IMG/VR virus record: IMGVR_UViG_3300008113_000015
Span: 62,001 to 126,000 of that record
DNA length: 64,000 nucleotides
Direction: 5' to 3' (one strand)
Origin: an uncultured virus (IMG/VR IMGVR_UViG_3300008113_000015)
Lineage: Duplodnaviria; Heunggongvirae; Uroviricota; Caudoviricetes
Part shown: one piece after another, positions 28,558 to 38,943 of the stretch
Layout of the letters: each line of letters begins with the position of its first letter
Position numbering within the stretch: position 1 is the stretch's first letter
Notes under the pieces: model-generated
Told to the model about the DNA's origin: nothing
What the model saw: the letters and a program-made list of their open reading frames with translations, nothing else
Database searches by the model: none
Made by a program: the position numbers and the translations under genes

Positions 28558-29052
28558 TTATTCTTTTGCTGCGTTTTGGTCTTTGCCTTTAAGCAAACGC
28601 TCTAGCAAATCATTGCGGCTCAAAACCATGCCTTGTGCAGTTTGTGTAACGCCTGCATTGGGGTCTTCGGGCCGGCTTTGGTCCAATTTTGCTTTTTTAA
28701 GTTGCAAGTCAATCATTTTGAGTTTTTTGTCTAGCTTGGCTGTTTTGGCTGTGATTGCATGGCCTAACATGTTTGAAGCTACACTGAAGATTTCGCTGGC
28801 AAACCTTGAATCAACCTGCATGCCCAGATCCATGAGATCTTTGTAGCTGCCTTTGGCCAGGTCTGCAAGATCGTCCATTTCAGTGTCTGTGGCGTCTAGC
28901 CCGCGCACAGCCGGCAAAGCTTCGTCTATCTTGTCAATGGTTTCATCTAGTGCTGCCAGGATTTCGCGATTGGCTGGCAATGTTGGGATAGCAGAGTCAA
29001 TCTCTTGCTCTGTGGGAGGCAAATCAAAAAGTTCTTCCAGTTTACGAGTCAT
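28558..29052 (-). CDS. Probable terminase small subunit (gp16-like)
   Basis: 164 aa helical protein, DLMDLGM.V..RF..EIF...RNDLL; late box; position among head genes. Confidence 0.5.
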   Translation of the reverse strand: MTRKLEELFDLPPTEQEIDSAIPTLPANREILAALDETIDKIDEALPAVRGLDATDTEMDDLADLAKGSYKDLMDLGMQVDSRFASEIFSVASNMLGHAITAKTAKLDKKLKMIDLQLKKAKLDQSRPEDPNAGVTQTAQGMVLSRNDLLERLLKGKDQNAAKE

Positions 29053-29067
29053 ACCCTATTTATAGGG

Positions 29068-29499
29068 TCATCCTCGACCGTTGTGGAACATTTGGTCTTC
29101 TGTGATTACTCTGAATGTGATGCCCTGGCGCTGGCACCATTTTTGGGCTGCCGCCCATTTGGCATAGTTGATGGCTACCACAGCACGGTCTCGGCTGCTC
29201 ATTTTTGACTCAACCACGCTTTGCTTTTTGGGCTTGATTTCCACTAGTTCTGCTCGCATGGTATTGTTGCGAGTGCGATATGTTATCAAGAAATCTGGAA
29301 CATAAATGGTTTGTTTGCCTGTGAGCGGATGTCTGTAAGGTATTTGTATGGCTTCACTAGCCCACTGTAGCACATTGGTATTTGTGTCACAAAATCGCAT
29401 GAAGCTGAGTTCCCACCCTGAACGATATCTAGGCTGCTTGGTGCCTACATACTTGTCAGGATTTTGTATTTGATAAAAACCTTGCGCCCATTTGGTCAT
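29068..29499 (-). CDS. Head completion nuclease (T4 gp4-like, PD-(D/E)xK)
   Basis: YRSGWE, WASE, IPY, YVPDF, EIKP and N.AKW.AA motifs. Confidence 0.9.
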   Translation of the reverse strand: MTKWAQGFYQIQNPDKYVGTKQPRYRSGWELSFMRFCDTNTNVLQWASEAIQIPYRHPLTGKQTIYVPDFLITYRTRNNTMRAELVEIKPKKQSVVESKMSSRDRAVVAINYAKWAAAQKWCQRQGITFRVITEDQMFHNGRG

Positions 29500-29855
29500 T
29501 GTAACACTGCTCTGGCTGCATTAACATTAGGCGATACCGCTGCACCAACACCCAACAAGGTAGCGCGACTGCGAATAAGATTAAGGTAATAAGCCAAAGT
29601 AACTGTCAACTGTATTCCAGATGCACCTTGAAATGCCTGTAACAGTGTCAGTGCAGATGTACCAGTTTCTTGTGCAACTCTAAACAGTGCACTGGAAAAA
29701 TTACTAGCTGCACGGTCCGTGGTCATTGTACTTCGAAAATACGAATATACCACGTCCCATTCACTGGAAGATATACTGGCTTCGTATTTGTAAAAACGAT
29801 CAAACACTCTAACAGTGAGATCTTGATTGAGATTGGTTTGATTAACAGTTGACAT
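29496..29855 (-). CDS. Hypothetical protein (tail region)
   Basis: 119 aa with ATGA overlap with gp4. Confidence 0.7.
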   Translation of the reverse strand: MSTVNQTNLNQDLTVRVFDRFYKYEASISSSEWDVVYSYFRSTMTTDRAASNFSSALFRVAQETGTSALTLLQAFQGASGIQLTVTLAYYLNLIRSRATLLGVGAAVSPNVNAARAVLQ

Positions 29856-29870
29856 AAAATTATTCAGTTA

Positions 29871-31025
29871 TCAAATACCTGGTGGTTGTACACCCGAAGA
29901 CGCTGCTTGTGATGCTCCTGCACCTGTGGTCGGAAAAGACCACCCACCATTGGTGTTAGCAACAGCTCTTACGGCTCCTGGTATAGCGGCCTGTGCTGCC
30001 AGCACTGCACCACGTTTTACTTCATTGGAAAGTGTTTGTCCAATGTTGACATTTTTCAAGGTATTGTAAGCTGTGCCTGCTTTTTGTGTTGCACCTATCA
30101 GTCCCAATACAGATCCTGACTGCAAGTCTTGGAATATGCCGCCGGCTGCATCCAGGAGACCACCTTGGCCGAGAATGGTCTGAGTTGACCCTGGTCGAGA
30201 AATAGGACTAGTCTTGGTGTCGTAGTGTGTAGGATCTGCAAATCCTGGTGCTTGTTTGTTAGGAGCACCTTGAAAGTATTTCACAGTTTCGTAGGCAATG
30301 GTCATCGAATTCTGCATGGTGCCATTGCCTTGACTGTAGTCATAGGTATCATGACTCCAATTAGTAATCAACGGATTGATCAATACATATTCTGCGTATT
30401 TCTGCTGGTAATCAAATCCAAAAATTCTAATGTCTTTGAAGAATGGAGGTTTGCCCGATCCACCTGCAACACCATCGCTGATGGCTTCGCCGATATAGCC
30501 CCAGTCGTTGACTATACGATCGTTGTTGTAAATGTCGCGACTGTTGTAGCCAAATCCAGTGGTACGATTACCTTGGGCACCAATACTGCCGTTGGTGTTG
30601 TTCGCTGCACCATACTGCTGAGTAGGATCTTTGTAGTAGTAACTGTAGTAGTTGTACCACAAGTTACGCATCAGATCTCCGCCGTCATCATGGAATGTGA
30701 TGTTGATGGGTTCATAGTTGATCTTGGTTTGTACAATGCGTTTGCGATTGTACTGATTGAGTGTTTCGGTTTGAACAGCATACTTGGGCAGGTCAACAGT
30801 TTTTACCACGTAACTGATATTGTTGACATCAGTTACTCCCAATGCTCCGCGCAGTGATGGAATTTCTGCGGTGTTAATAGAAAAAGCCACGTGGAATAAA
30901 AACTTAAACCGTGGCTTTAATTCATATCCGTCAGTTCTAAATACTTTGGCTGCGTGAGTGTAATCACGCAGCGTATCAGTACCAAAAAAACCTTTAAGGA
31001 AGTCCTGTCCCCAGGTAGCTGGCAT
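29871..31025 (-). CDS. Tail-tube-fold baseplate/tube initiator protein (gp19/gp48/gp54-like)
   Basis: PRFKFLF, VDLPK, NQYNRKR, ITFHDD and MTIAYE; coupled to the tail tube gene. Confidence 0.7.
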   Translation of the reverse strand: MPATWGQDFLKGFFGTDTLRDYTHAAKVFRTDGYELKPRFKFLFHVAFSINTAEIPSLRGALGVTDVNNISYVVKTVDLPKYAVQTETLNQYNRKRIVQTKINYEPINITFHDDGGDLMRNLWYNYYSYYYKDPTQQYGAANNTNGSIGAQGNRTTGFGYNSRDIYNNDRIVNDWGYIGEAISDGVAGGSGKPPFFKDIRIFGFDYQQKYAEYVLINPLITNWSHDTYDYSQGNGTMQNSMTIAYETVKYFQGAPNKQAPGFADPTHYDTKTSPISRPGSTQTILGQGGLLDAAGGIFQDLQSGSVLGLIGATQKAGTAYNTLKNVNIGQTLSNEVKRGAVLAAQAAIPGAVRAVANTNGGWSFPTTGAGASQAASSGVQPPGI

Positions 31026-31660
31026 TAGACGCTCCCGCCACCAGCACCTGTTACAACGTCGCCTAGAGTTCTTGCAAGGCCTGTAGCAACACCAACACCA
31101 TAAGGAATCTGGTTGGCATTATCAAACGCAATGGTCATGTTGATTGTCACCGGTGCCGACTCACCATAGTTCATGGCACCATAATCAGCGCTCTTGAGAT
31201 AGCAACCATACAATTCCCAGGTCTCTAGCACGTTAGGCTGTTCGGCTCCGTTGCCGCCGTCTAGGATTTCGAAACGAGTCAAGAACTTGTAATCGATACC
31301 AGAACTTGCTGAAGCCATTTCCAAGAAGTCCATTTGCTTTTGTATCTGCTCACCAACCAAGCGACTGACTTGTCCCGAGGCGTCGTCTCGGATTTCACAA
31401 GTGGTATCTGCCCAGGTATGCTTGCCTGCCAACTTCAGTGTTGAGTTGTAGATAGGCAATGTGATTTCTTCAAAGCTCAAGTTGGGACGAGCAAAACTCA
31501 TCACTTGTTTGGTTAATTCTGTACGAGGGGTTGACACTCCGAAATTTTCAAACATCACGCGGAAGCGATATTTGAGTTTGGGCATCAGCAAACCTTGAGT
31601 ACTTGAACTCTGATCGCTGGCCAACGGTACTGTCATTCTCTGTAATGATGAAACTGCCAT
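31025..31660 (-). CDS. Tail tube protein (gp19-like)
   Basis: PKLKYRFRV, LAGKHTW, WELYGC and I.FDNA motifs; follows the sheath gene; late box and SD AGGAG. Confidence 0.9.
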   Translation of the reverse strand: MAVSSLQRMTVPLASDQSSSTQGLLMPKLKYRFRVMFENFGVSTPRTELTKQVMSFARPNLSFEEITLPIYNSTLKLAGKHTWADTTCEIRDDASGQVSRLVGEQIQKQMDFLEMASASSGIDYKFLTRFEILDGGNGAEQPNVLETWELYGCYLKSADYGAMNYGESAPVTINMTIAFDNANQIPYGVGVATGLARTLGDVVTGAGGGSV

Positions 31661-31691
31661 TTTTTATATCTCCTATGTCTTTATTTACCTT

Positions 31692-31722
31692 AACTGGGGG
31701 GTTAAAAATTAACCCCCCAGTT
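31692..31722. terminator. 14-bp perfect stem-loop between sheath and tube genes
   Basis: AACTGGGGGGTTAA-AAA-TTAACCCCCCAGTT; no clear U-tract on the coding strand, so it may be a stability or processing stem. Confidence 0.55.
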
Positions 31723-31724
31723 TA

Positions 31725-34700
31725 TTAGGCTGCTGCTCCAGAGATCTCACCAGTGTTCTTGATGCGCAATGGAATGTAGATAAACTCCACTGCTTTCACT
31801 GGTTCGATGGCAACGTCTACCCACAGCTCGTTACGATCAATACGTGCAGGTGTGTTGTTGCTCAAGTCACACACTACCAAGTAGTCGTAGATTGCTCGCT
31901 TAGAAATCAAGTCAATCATCAAACTGTTGACGGTGTTACTGATCTCGTTACGAGTAATTTCGTCGTTGGGTTCAAACAAGTACAACTTGCCAATCTCTTC
32001 CAAGCGTCCACGCAAGAACGCAACCAAACGTGATACGTTGATACGATCCAGTGCACTGGTAATGCTGGTTGTGGTCTTGTTACCAAAGTTGGTAATGCCC
32101 ACGCCTGGAATAAAGGTAATTGGGTTGATGTCGTTTTCATACAGCACATCTCTAATACCTTGTCCCACGTTGATTTGAATAAACTCACCTGTGGTAGAAT
32201 CAATGTAACCAATTGCTGTGGCGTTGTCCACAACACCGCGACGTGTACCAGCAGGTGCTAGCCATGGATAGCTTACACTGTCACTGCGGATGATTGTTCT
32301 CATCATCATGTGACTTGGTGCTGTGACCACTGGGTTACCTGACAAGTCTGTGGTCTGGCAACTTGGATAGAATGTGGCCATGTACTGGCTAGCAGAAACC
32401 AAACCATCTTCTGTTGGCAAACCTAGACCGTTGTTATTGGTAGCCCATGCAGCAAGATCTGTTCCTGTAGATGGCAGACGCATTGGTGTGTCGCCTACCA
32501 CAAACAAGGTGTTGTTACGCTCGTTGCTGAGTGCAATCATGTTAGGCATCAGTTCAGGATAAGCAGGTGTAGCAATCAAGCTGTACAAGCTTTGTTCTTC
32601 ACGTGCAGCACTGCTGGTGTCAATACCACTCTTCAGTGCTTCAACTACCATTTGGCGTTGAGCCTGACGTCCTGACCACATCGATCCGTTGTCTTTGTTG
32701 CCACTGGCAGTTACCCAGGTGTTGGTATCAATCACAGACCAATAGGTTGTGTTGGTAGGTGCGGTTCCCACACTTGGAGGTGCAAGCTTGCACACATAGA
32801 TGATGCCGTTGTAGACCACAAAGTCATTGTAGACATACACGGTTGTTGCAGAATAGGCATCAACACTGTAGTCGGTGCTTTCAGTATTAAAATAGTCTAA
32901 TGCAAAACGCTTGACATTGTAGCCACTGCGACGAGTGTTAAACAACAACATACCTTGAGGATATAGAGCTGGATTAGGAGCATCAAGATCCAAATAGTTT
33001 GCACCAGTTCCAGTATTCAATGATACAATGGATGGTACAGGATCAGCTATGGGATCTACAGTACCTGTTGAACTCCAACGTGCATCGGCAAACAAGATAC
33101 CATTCTCACTAACCTGATCTGATGTATCAACTGCCACCCATTGGCTCACGCCATTTAGTGGTTCCCAACGATACAGTTTAGGATAATTTTCTAAGTCGCT
33201 GGTATCAATCCACAAATCGCCAAGTTGCAATGGGCTTGTGTTGGCATCTGTCTGTGTAGTTGGTGCTGTAGCAGCAACAATAGGACCTGCAACGTTAGTC
33301 AAGCTGAGGTTAAAACCGCGAACGTCGTTAGTGACGTTTCGATATCCTGTCCAGGCACCGTTGTTTTGAATCATGATGTCAGCTTCGCTTACGGTGCTAT
33401 AGTACCACAGGCGTCCATCTGCTGGATCTTGGTCCGGTGCTGTGGTGCTGGCGGTGTATGTAAACAGTGGAGAAGCTACCCAGTTAGATAATACTAATGT
33501 ATTGGCAAATGTACCTGATGCTCGACACAATGGGGTACTTGCAGTAAAACCAGCCAACGCAACTGGTGTTCCAGAAACGTCAGTTAGACTAATTGTTCCG
33601 CCCTGGGAATGGGTAAACACAATATATCCATCACTGTTGATAGAAGCACTTGTGTAAGGAGCATTAGCCGCACTGACCGCAGTAACAAAATCTGTAGGTG
33701 TTGTTCCAGCTAATGTTACAAGGTACGGACCAGCAAAGGCGTCTGATCCTGCTTCGGTTACTCTAATCTGGAAACTGTTGCCAATGCTAAAAACTGCATC
33801 GTTGATGCTGGATGTGACTACTGTGGCTCCTAGTGCATATCGTTTGAATATGGTAAAGGCAGCTGATATTATACCACCAGTATTGAGCTGATTATTATTC
33901 CATTGAATGTAAGTTGTGCCAACAGGAATATTTTTTCCGCCGCCTGCTGGATCAAGACCATAAGTTGCTGTTGCGAAATTCCCATATGCTGGAGTTGTTT
34001 GTGCAACAAACGTTCCCAGTGCAGCATTGTACACCCGCATAACAATGTTTAATCCATTGTTTGCTGGGCTCATGTTATTCCAGATAGAACCAGTAGGGCG
34101 TGGACTTGTATCTGTGCTTCTCCAACGAGGAGCCTGATAGCTGTATGCAGGCAAATAAGTTGGTGCTGCATACTCACCAGTTAAAAGTCCAAGGCTAGCT
34201 AGCAACACAGATCCGTTGTTAGGACCTGCATCAATGGTAATCAAACCGTTGTTGCTCAGTGTTGAACCATCGTTGGCTGCGGTAGAATCCGCATATATAA
34301 CCAACTTACCGCTGCTGACACCAGCCGAAACACCAGTGATGTTGGTGTCGTTGATGGCCTGCGCATATCCAGCTACTGTGGCTGCGGTTCCGTTGAATCC
34401 CACAGCAACCAAACTGTCGTTGATGAAGAGGTCATAGCCGTTGACCAGAGAAGTTGGGGTACCAGTACCGGTCACTGTAGGCCAGCTGTCTTTCCAGGCA
34501 TTGGTTCCCAACTGCACCCATTGGTTGCTGGTATTTTTGTAATAGATTGGAATATCAACAGCTTGTTCAACTACTGCGTAGTCGCCAATACTACCAATGC
34601 TTTGCAATGGGGCATAGTTTCCGCTGCCTGCGTTGACTACATCTGTGTCTTCGGTAATTATCAGCGGTGTTTTTACTGTAAATGTTGCAGTGGTTTGGTT

Positions 34701-35147
34701 CCATTCCTGGATACCCCAGACACTATTTGCGGCATCTAGCCAGTAGCTGCCAGATTCTGCGTTACCAGTAGGACGACTCAAGCTAGCAGTAAGTTCTGAC
34801 AAATCAATGTCCACACGCTGAACATAAGCACGATTGGTAATGCCCAATGAACTATATGCAGCAAGCAAACCGTATTCGTTGAGTTCGTAACCGTTGATAG
34901 GTGTACCAGCAGTGGTCTGATAGAAGAATGGCACGCCAAAAGTGGCAGCCAAATCACGCTGACTGGTGATGAGATATGTTTTGTTAGCATTTGCTGCTAA
35001 GGTACCTGGAGCTACACCGATTCCACTAGCACTGATTTTGTTCTGTGCTGTGGCGATGAGAAAATAAGGTACTGTGTTGACAGCAGAAGGGATATATTGA
35101 CTTTCGTCAATTACTGTTACTTCTACGCCTGGTGATACTAGAGCCAT
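31725..35147 (-). CDS. Tail sheath protein (gp18-like) with large insertion domains
   Basis: MALVSPGVEV..IDES, PW.APAG..RG, LY...INPI, LDRINV.RL, FEPND, NN...ID.NE and I.PVKAVEFI motifs. Confidence 0.95.
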   Translation of the reverse strand: MALVSPGVEVTVIDESQYIPSAVNTVPYFLIATAQNKISASGIGVAPGTLAANANKTYLITSQRDLAATFGVPFFYQTTAGTPINGYELNEYGLLAAYSSLGITNRAYVQRVDIDLSELTASLSRPTGNAESGSYWLDAANSVWGIQEWNQTTATFTVKTPLIITEDTDVVNAGSGNYAPLQSIGSIGDYAVVEQAVDIPIYYKNTSNQWVQLGTNAWKDSWPTVTGTGTPTSLVNGYDLFINDSLVAVGFNGTAATVAGYAQAINDTNITGVSAGVSSGKLVIYADSTAANDGSTLSNNGLITIDAGPNNGSVLLASLGLLTGEYAAPTYLPAYSYQAPRWRSTDTSPRPTGSIWNNMSPANNGLNIVMRVYNAALGTFVAQTTPAYGNFATATYGLDPAGGGKNIPVGTTYIQWNNNQLNTGGIISAAFTIFKRYALGATVVTSSINDAVFSIGNSFQIRVTEAGSDAFAGPYLVTLAGTTPTDFVTAVSAANAPYTSASINSDGYIVFTHSQGGTISLTDVSGTPVALAGFTASTPLCRASGTFANTLVLSNWVASPLFTYTASTTAPDQDPADGRLWYYSTVSEADIMIQNNGAWTGYRNVTNDVRGFNLSLTNVAGPIVAATAPTTQTDANTSPLQLGDLWIDTSDLENYPKLYRWEPLNGVSQWVAVDTSDQVSENGILFADARWSSTGTVDPIADPVPSIVSLNTGTGANYLDLDAPNPALYPQGMLLFNTRRSGYNVKRFALDYFNTESTDYSVDAYSATTVYVYNDFVVYNGIIYVCKLAPPSVGTAPTNTTYWSVIDTNTWVTASGNKDNGSMWSGRQAQRQMVVEALKSGIDTSSAAREEQSLYSLIATPAYPELMPNMIALSNERNNTLFVVGDTPMRLPSTGTDLAAWATNNNGLGLPTEDGLVSASQYMATFYPSCQTTDLSGNPVVTAPSHMMMRTIIRSDSVSYPWLAPAGTRRGVVDNATAIGYIDSTTGEFIQINVGQGIRDVLYENDINPITFIPGVGITNFGNKTTTSITSALDRINVSRLVAFLRGRLEEIGKLYLFEPNDEITRNEISNTVNSLMIDLISKRAIYDYLVVCDLSNNTPARIDRNELWVDVAIEPVKAVEFIYIPLRIKNTGEISGAAA

Positions 35148-35241
35148 GGTCAATTCCTTTTCAAGATATCAATATTTATAGATATCTTCCAAAATCGCCG
35201 TTCTACGTTGCCCTTTGGCAAAGGTCCACCATAAATACCGC

Positions 35242-35589
35242 ATGCAAAGACCCGTGTGCCAGGCCTGTAATCAAAAATCTTGTGCTGTGAACTACGTCAA
35301 AGACGGAGTCAAGCACTATCGCAGTCGCTGTGACAACTGCTTGCGCAAAGGACGTGGCCTTAAAAAAAGAACACCCCGCTGGGAGGCAGCAGGGTACAAG
35401 AAGAAAATGACATGCGATCGTTGCGGATTCAAAGCCCGCTATTCAGCACAAACTCTAGTGTATCATGTGGATGGTGATCTTAACAATGTCACTCAAAAGA
35501 ATCTTAAAACAGTGTGCCGTAATTGTGAAGTCGATTTAGCAAAAACTGATTCAGTGTGGCGGCCTGGTGATTTGCAACCAGACGTGTAA
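35242..35589 (+). CDS. Zn-binding HNH-like protein
   Basis: Four CxxC pairs; YHVDGDLNN...NL.TVCRNC; ATG at 35242 lies 4 nt after TAAATA. Confidence 0.7.
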   Translation: MQRPVCQACNQKSCAVNYVKDGVKHYRSRCDNCLRKGRGLKKRTPRWEAAGYKKKMTCDRCGFKARYSAQTLVYHVDGDLNNVTQKNLKTVCRNCEVDLAKTDSVWRPGDLQPDV

Positions 35590-36073
35590 CTAACTCACGT
35601 GTGTTGCGCTTGAGATCTTCTAACGTGCCATTGTTATCAATTACATAATCAGCCATCCAGATTTCCAAGCTCATGCTAGACTTGTCTTCAGCTGGCAAAT
35701 GATCACTGCGATCCACCCAGACAGCAAAGTCAAACACACCTGTATTACGCATGGCATGAAACTCTGATTTGTTGCGCAATCCGCAGTAGATTTGATTTTC
35801 AGCAAAAATTTCCCTGCCTAATCGAGCATAATCATCCCGACAATACTCATGAATCATGTCGTACCACTCAGCACGATGATTGTGCCTATCTTCAAAACAC
35901 TGCTCATAACTGGTGTACCCATACTTGAGTTTGAGCTCATTGTAGATAAACTTTTCCGCACAAAAGTCTGAACTAGAGCGGAAGCTGTAGTTAAATTCTT
36001 CACGTAGAATATCACATACAGTATCTTTACCATGGCGAGCATTGCCAATGATCAGCAGTTTAGGAAGGGTCAT
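35504..36073 (-). CDS. Deoxynucleoside monophosphate kinase-like (T4 gp1-like)
   Basis: IIGNARHGKDTV P-loop, G.R..E and D.VIDNNGTLEDL motifs. Confidence 0.75.
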   Translation of the reverse strand: MTLPKLLIIGNARHGKDTVCDILREEFNYSFRSSSDFCAEKFIYNELKLKYGYTSYEQCFEDRHNHRAEWYDMIHEYCRDDYARLGREIFAENQIYCGLRNKSEFHAMRNTGVFDFAVWVDRSDHLPAEDKSSMSLEIWMADYVIDNNGTLEDLKRNTRELVTRLVANHQAATLNQFLLNRLHNYGTLF

Positions 36074-36594
36074 TTGAGTTGGGTTACGTTAAGGTGTTTT
36101 AGGGTACGTTGCAACATACCAATCTGTCTGCGACAGTCTTCTAGTGCATGATGGCTTGTAGGAGGAATGGGCTGATCTGGCCATAGGCTAAACACTGTAC
36201 GACTGTCACGAACTGCATAGAATTTCCAAGGCAATGCTTTACCGTAGCTCTTGTAAGCATGCTCAAGAATGTTCATGTCGTATGTGGGACCTTGTGCCCA
36301 GATTCTGTTGGAGTGCCAAATCAACCGACCTAACTGGTCCAATGCTTGGTCTAGGGGAATACGATCTTGTTCGTCAAACGCTTCGTCGCGCACCACAGCA
36401 GGTTGTGTGGCCCACCATTCAATGGTGCTTTGGTCAATGGCACGATCTTCTTGGCTTTCTAGTGTAATTCTGGCGTAGTAACTCTGGCCAGAATACCCCT
36501 GCCCAAACGGGTCAAAGCTCTGTGCCGCAATGGTTAAAATACAGGTGTCTGGGCCTGTTGCAAGCCCTTCTAAGTCGATCATTAAATCTGCCAT
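36070..36594 (-). CDS. DEDDh 3'-5' exonuclease (DexA / RNase AS-like)
   Basis: MIDLE, WW..Q, WAQG..YD, RDSRT and HHALEDC motifs. Confidence 0.85.
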   Translation of the reverse strand: MADLMIDLEGLATGPDTCILTIAAQSFDPFGQGYSGQSYYARITLESQEDRAIDQSTIEWWATQPAVVRDEAFDEQDRIPLDQALDQLGRLIWHSNRIWAQGPTYDMNILEHAYKSYGKALPWKFYAVRDSRTVFSLWPDQPIPPTSHHALEDCRRQIGMLQRTLKHLNVTQLK

Positions 36595-36600
36595 ACTACA

Positions 36601-36629
36601 AGTATAACAGAATTCTAATTCTAAGTCTA
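36601..36629 (-). promoter_or_regulatory. Sigma70-type promoter giving a probably leaderless transcript
   Basis: TAGACT-17 bp-TATACT with TG extension; ATG (36594) only 6 nt downstream; no SD. Confidence 0.65.
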
Positions 36630-36636
36630 CAAGTGA

Positions 36637-37407
36637 TTAGCCGATTACCCAGGTCAACGGTTGCGAACCATCCATGTACAGTTTGAGTTGTTCTTCTAGA
36701 GCTGTCATGGCTTCTTTGGCTTCAGCTTTCATGGCTGCGCCGTTTAGAGTGCCGCCACCTTGTGGTCCAGCAATGGTACCAAACTTTTCACGTGCTTCGC
36801 CCACAATCATTTTGCAGTTGGCAACCATGTAGTCTTTGATCCATTGCTGAATCTGATAGTCGCTGAGTAAATTGATTTCAGGTTTGAGGTTATAGGTCCA
36901 CAGTAACACATTTTCTCCAGTGCCTTTGGGATCACGAATGATCTGTAATTTTTTGGTCACTGGATTAAAAGTATAGTTCACATAACCGCCGAACATACGT
37001 GCGGCTAGTTCTACGTACTGGCTGTAGAAATCGTAGGTAGCAAGGCCACCGGCTACGTTGAAGTTCATGAGATACACGTTCAAACTGGCCTGTGCAAACG
37101 GGTCAAAGTTTGATGCAAATGGCCCAGTGGAATCACCAAAAGTTCTACGAAATATTTGTCTTACAGAAACAACTTCTTGCGGTAGTTGGTAAATGTTTAC
37201 GTCACGTACCAGTTCCATAAAGGAATAGCTTTCCTCATAGGCATTTTGCGCACGTTGACGATAAGTGCCAATGGTTTTTTGATAGGCTGTTTCGTAGTGT
37301 GCAGGGTCCAACTCGATGTCTACGATATCGCCACCAAGTTGAAGCCGTACATAATCATTGAGATTTTGCTTGAGAGTTTCGAGACTGTTTTGTTGCTGTT
37401 CTGCCAT
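36637..37407 (-). CDS. Neck protein (gp13-like)
   Basis: LGG..VDIEL, WIKDY..A..K..GEAREKF and GG..LNG motifs. Confidence 0.85.
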   Translation of the reverse strand: MAEQQQNSLETLKQNLNDYVRLQLGGDIVDIELDPAHYETAYQKTIGTYRQRAQNAYEESYSFMELVRDVNIYQLPQEVVSVRQIFRRTFGDSTGPFASNFDPFAQASLNVYLMNFNVAGGLATYDFYSQYVELAARMFGGYVNYTFNPVTKKLQIIRDPKGTGENVLLWTYNLKPEINLLSDYQIQQWIKDYMVANCKMIVGEAREKFGTIAGPQGGGTLNGAAMKAEAKEAMTALEEQLKLYMDGSQPLTWVIG

Positions 37408-37429
37408 TGGGGGACTCCGTCCCCTTTAT

Positions 37430-38569
37430 TTACCAGCTTTTTAGAATGATCAAGTTCTCTGTACCACGTCCGTTGAACGGTGTTTCTGTAGTGGTCAAGT
37501 CCTTGTAGATCTTACGGGCGGCTGGCTTGCCTGCGGCACCCATGGCTTTGAGCACGTCAGCGGGCTTGCGCACAGTTTTTTGCTGGCTCTCTACTGTGCT
37601 AAACCCAATGACAGCATTGGATTTCACAGTAAAAACTTTGGCGTATTCGTCTGCCACAAGATGAATCAGTTTGCGTTTTTTGGTATCATACAACCAGGCT
37701 TCTGCTTTGTCTACCAGGCTGGCAGCCGGTAGACCTTTGAGTTTGAGTTCTGCAAATTCTGTTATACACTTGAACTTTGCGGCTTTCTTTTCTGGACTTA
37801 CTGCTTTAACTGCACGTGGCTTGCGCTCGACCTTTTTAATCTGCACATAGGCGCCGCAGTCTGAAATTACAAGCTCACAGAACTTTACACAATTCTTCAA
37901 CTGCACCTTGGTCAAATAGCCGTAGCCCTGCGTCAGGTCTGCATCCTTGCCTGCTACTGCTTCGTCAAACTCTACAAGTTTACGAGTCCAGATTTGCTTG
38001 ATGTCATTGACCATTTGTGGAGCAATGTTCATTGAACGCATGAGCATCACTGGCTTGTAGTCTGCATTGAGCTTGGCACCTGACGCAATAAACTCGTCAA
38101 ACAAGCCATCCATCTCACCAGCACACTCGCTGACTTTTTCTCGCAGTCGGTCCTGGATAGTGATTTTAGGCACTGCATCTTCCGCAGGTGGCGCTTCTTC
38201 TGCTTCTTCATCTTGCTTGGATTCCAAAATTTCTTTAAGCAAGTTGTCCAATTTGATCTGTTCTTGATCCGTGAGCTCTAGTCCCACCATGCTCATACGG
38301 CACAGCCAACCTGTGGTCAGTCGGATTGAGCTGTCAGGAATGCGTTTGAGTGTACGAACGTCAGCTTTACGACCATGCAATTCCAAATAGTTTACAATCA
38401 TCTCACGAGCATCTTTTTTGCTGTAAAAATAATTGTACCAAGAAAACGCATGACTAAATGCGCTGATACGATTGTCTGTGGGTTGCACTCGCCACGTGGG
38501 CTCCATACCCATGGCATTGGTATCGGCACTACGAGGGTTCAAGGGCTTGACAGATTTGGTTGCGATCAT
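37430..38569 (-). CDS. Hypothetical early protein
   Basis: 379 aa with SD AAGGA; second gene behind the sigma70 promoter at 38895-38923; basic C-half. Confidence 0.75.
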   Translation of the reverse strand: MIATKSVKPLNPRSADTNAMGMEPTWRVQPTDNRISAFSHAFSWYNYFYSKKDAREMIVNYLELHGRKADVRTLKRIPDSSIRLTTGWLCRMSMVGLELTDQEQIKLDNLLKEILESKQDEEAEEAPPAEDAVPKITIQDRLREKVSECAGEMDGLFDEFIASGAKLNADYKPVMLMRSMNIAPQMVNDIKQIWTRKLVEFDEAVAGKDADLTQGYGYLTKVQLKNCVKFCELVISDCGAYVQIKKVERKPRAVKAVSPEKKAAKFKCITEFAELKLKGLPAASLVDKAEAWLYDTKKRKLIHLVADEYAKVFTVKSNAVIGFSTVESQQKTVRKPADVLKAMGAAGKPAARKIYKDLTTTETPFNGRGTENLIILKSW

Positions 38570-38578
38570 AATTGTTCC

Positions 38579-38866
38579 TTACTTAGTCTTGGGCAAGTTT
38601 TTTACAGTGTCAAAAAGTTTTGCGGCACGTTTAACGTCAAAATTTTTGTGTTTATACATCCAGGCTTTTTTGCGCTCTGCTACTTCCAGAGCTTCTGCTA
38701 GTTTCCATTTGGTGTTGAAGTCTGCAGACATTATTATACGGCTCATGTCTACAATGTCAAGAGCATACTCTACCCATTTTTCTGTGGCTTTTACTTTGTC
38801 ATAAGACTGTATAAAGCCCTTGCCTTTTGGACCTGTGTACTTTGCTACAAAGTTTGCGGCTTTCAT
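38579..38866 (-). CDS. Hypothetical basic early protein
   Basis: 95 aa with SD AGGAG and a sigma70 promoter. Confidence 0.75.
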   Translation of the reverse strand: MKAANFVAKYTGPKGKGFIQSYDKVKATEKWVEYALDIVDMSRIIMSADFNTKWKLAEALEVAERKKAWMYKHKNFDVKRAAKLFDTVKNLPKTK

Positions 38867-38894
38867 ACCATACTCCTAGAGTGGATAAGTGTGT

Positions 38895-38923
38895 ATTATA
38901 GCACTTTGGGATTTATTGGTCAA
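38895..38923 (-). promoter_or_regulatory. Sigma70-type early promoter
   Basis: TTGACC-17 bp-TATAAT with TG extended -10; same family as the promoters at 393-1431. Confidence 0.9.
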
Positions 38924-38943
38924 CCGCCCATAAATAATGGACT

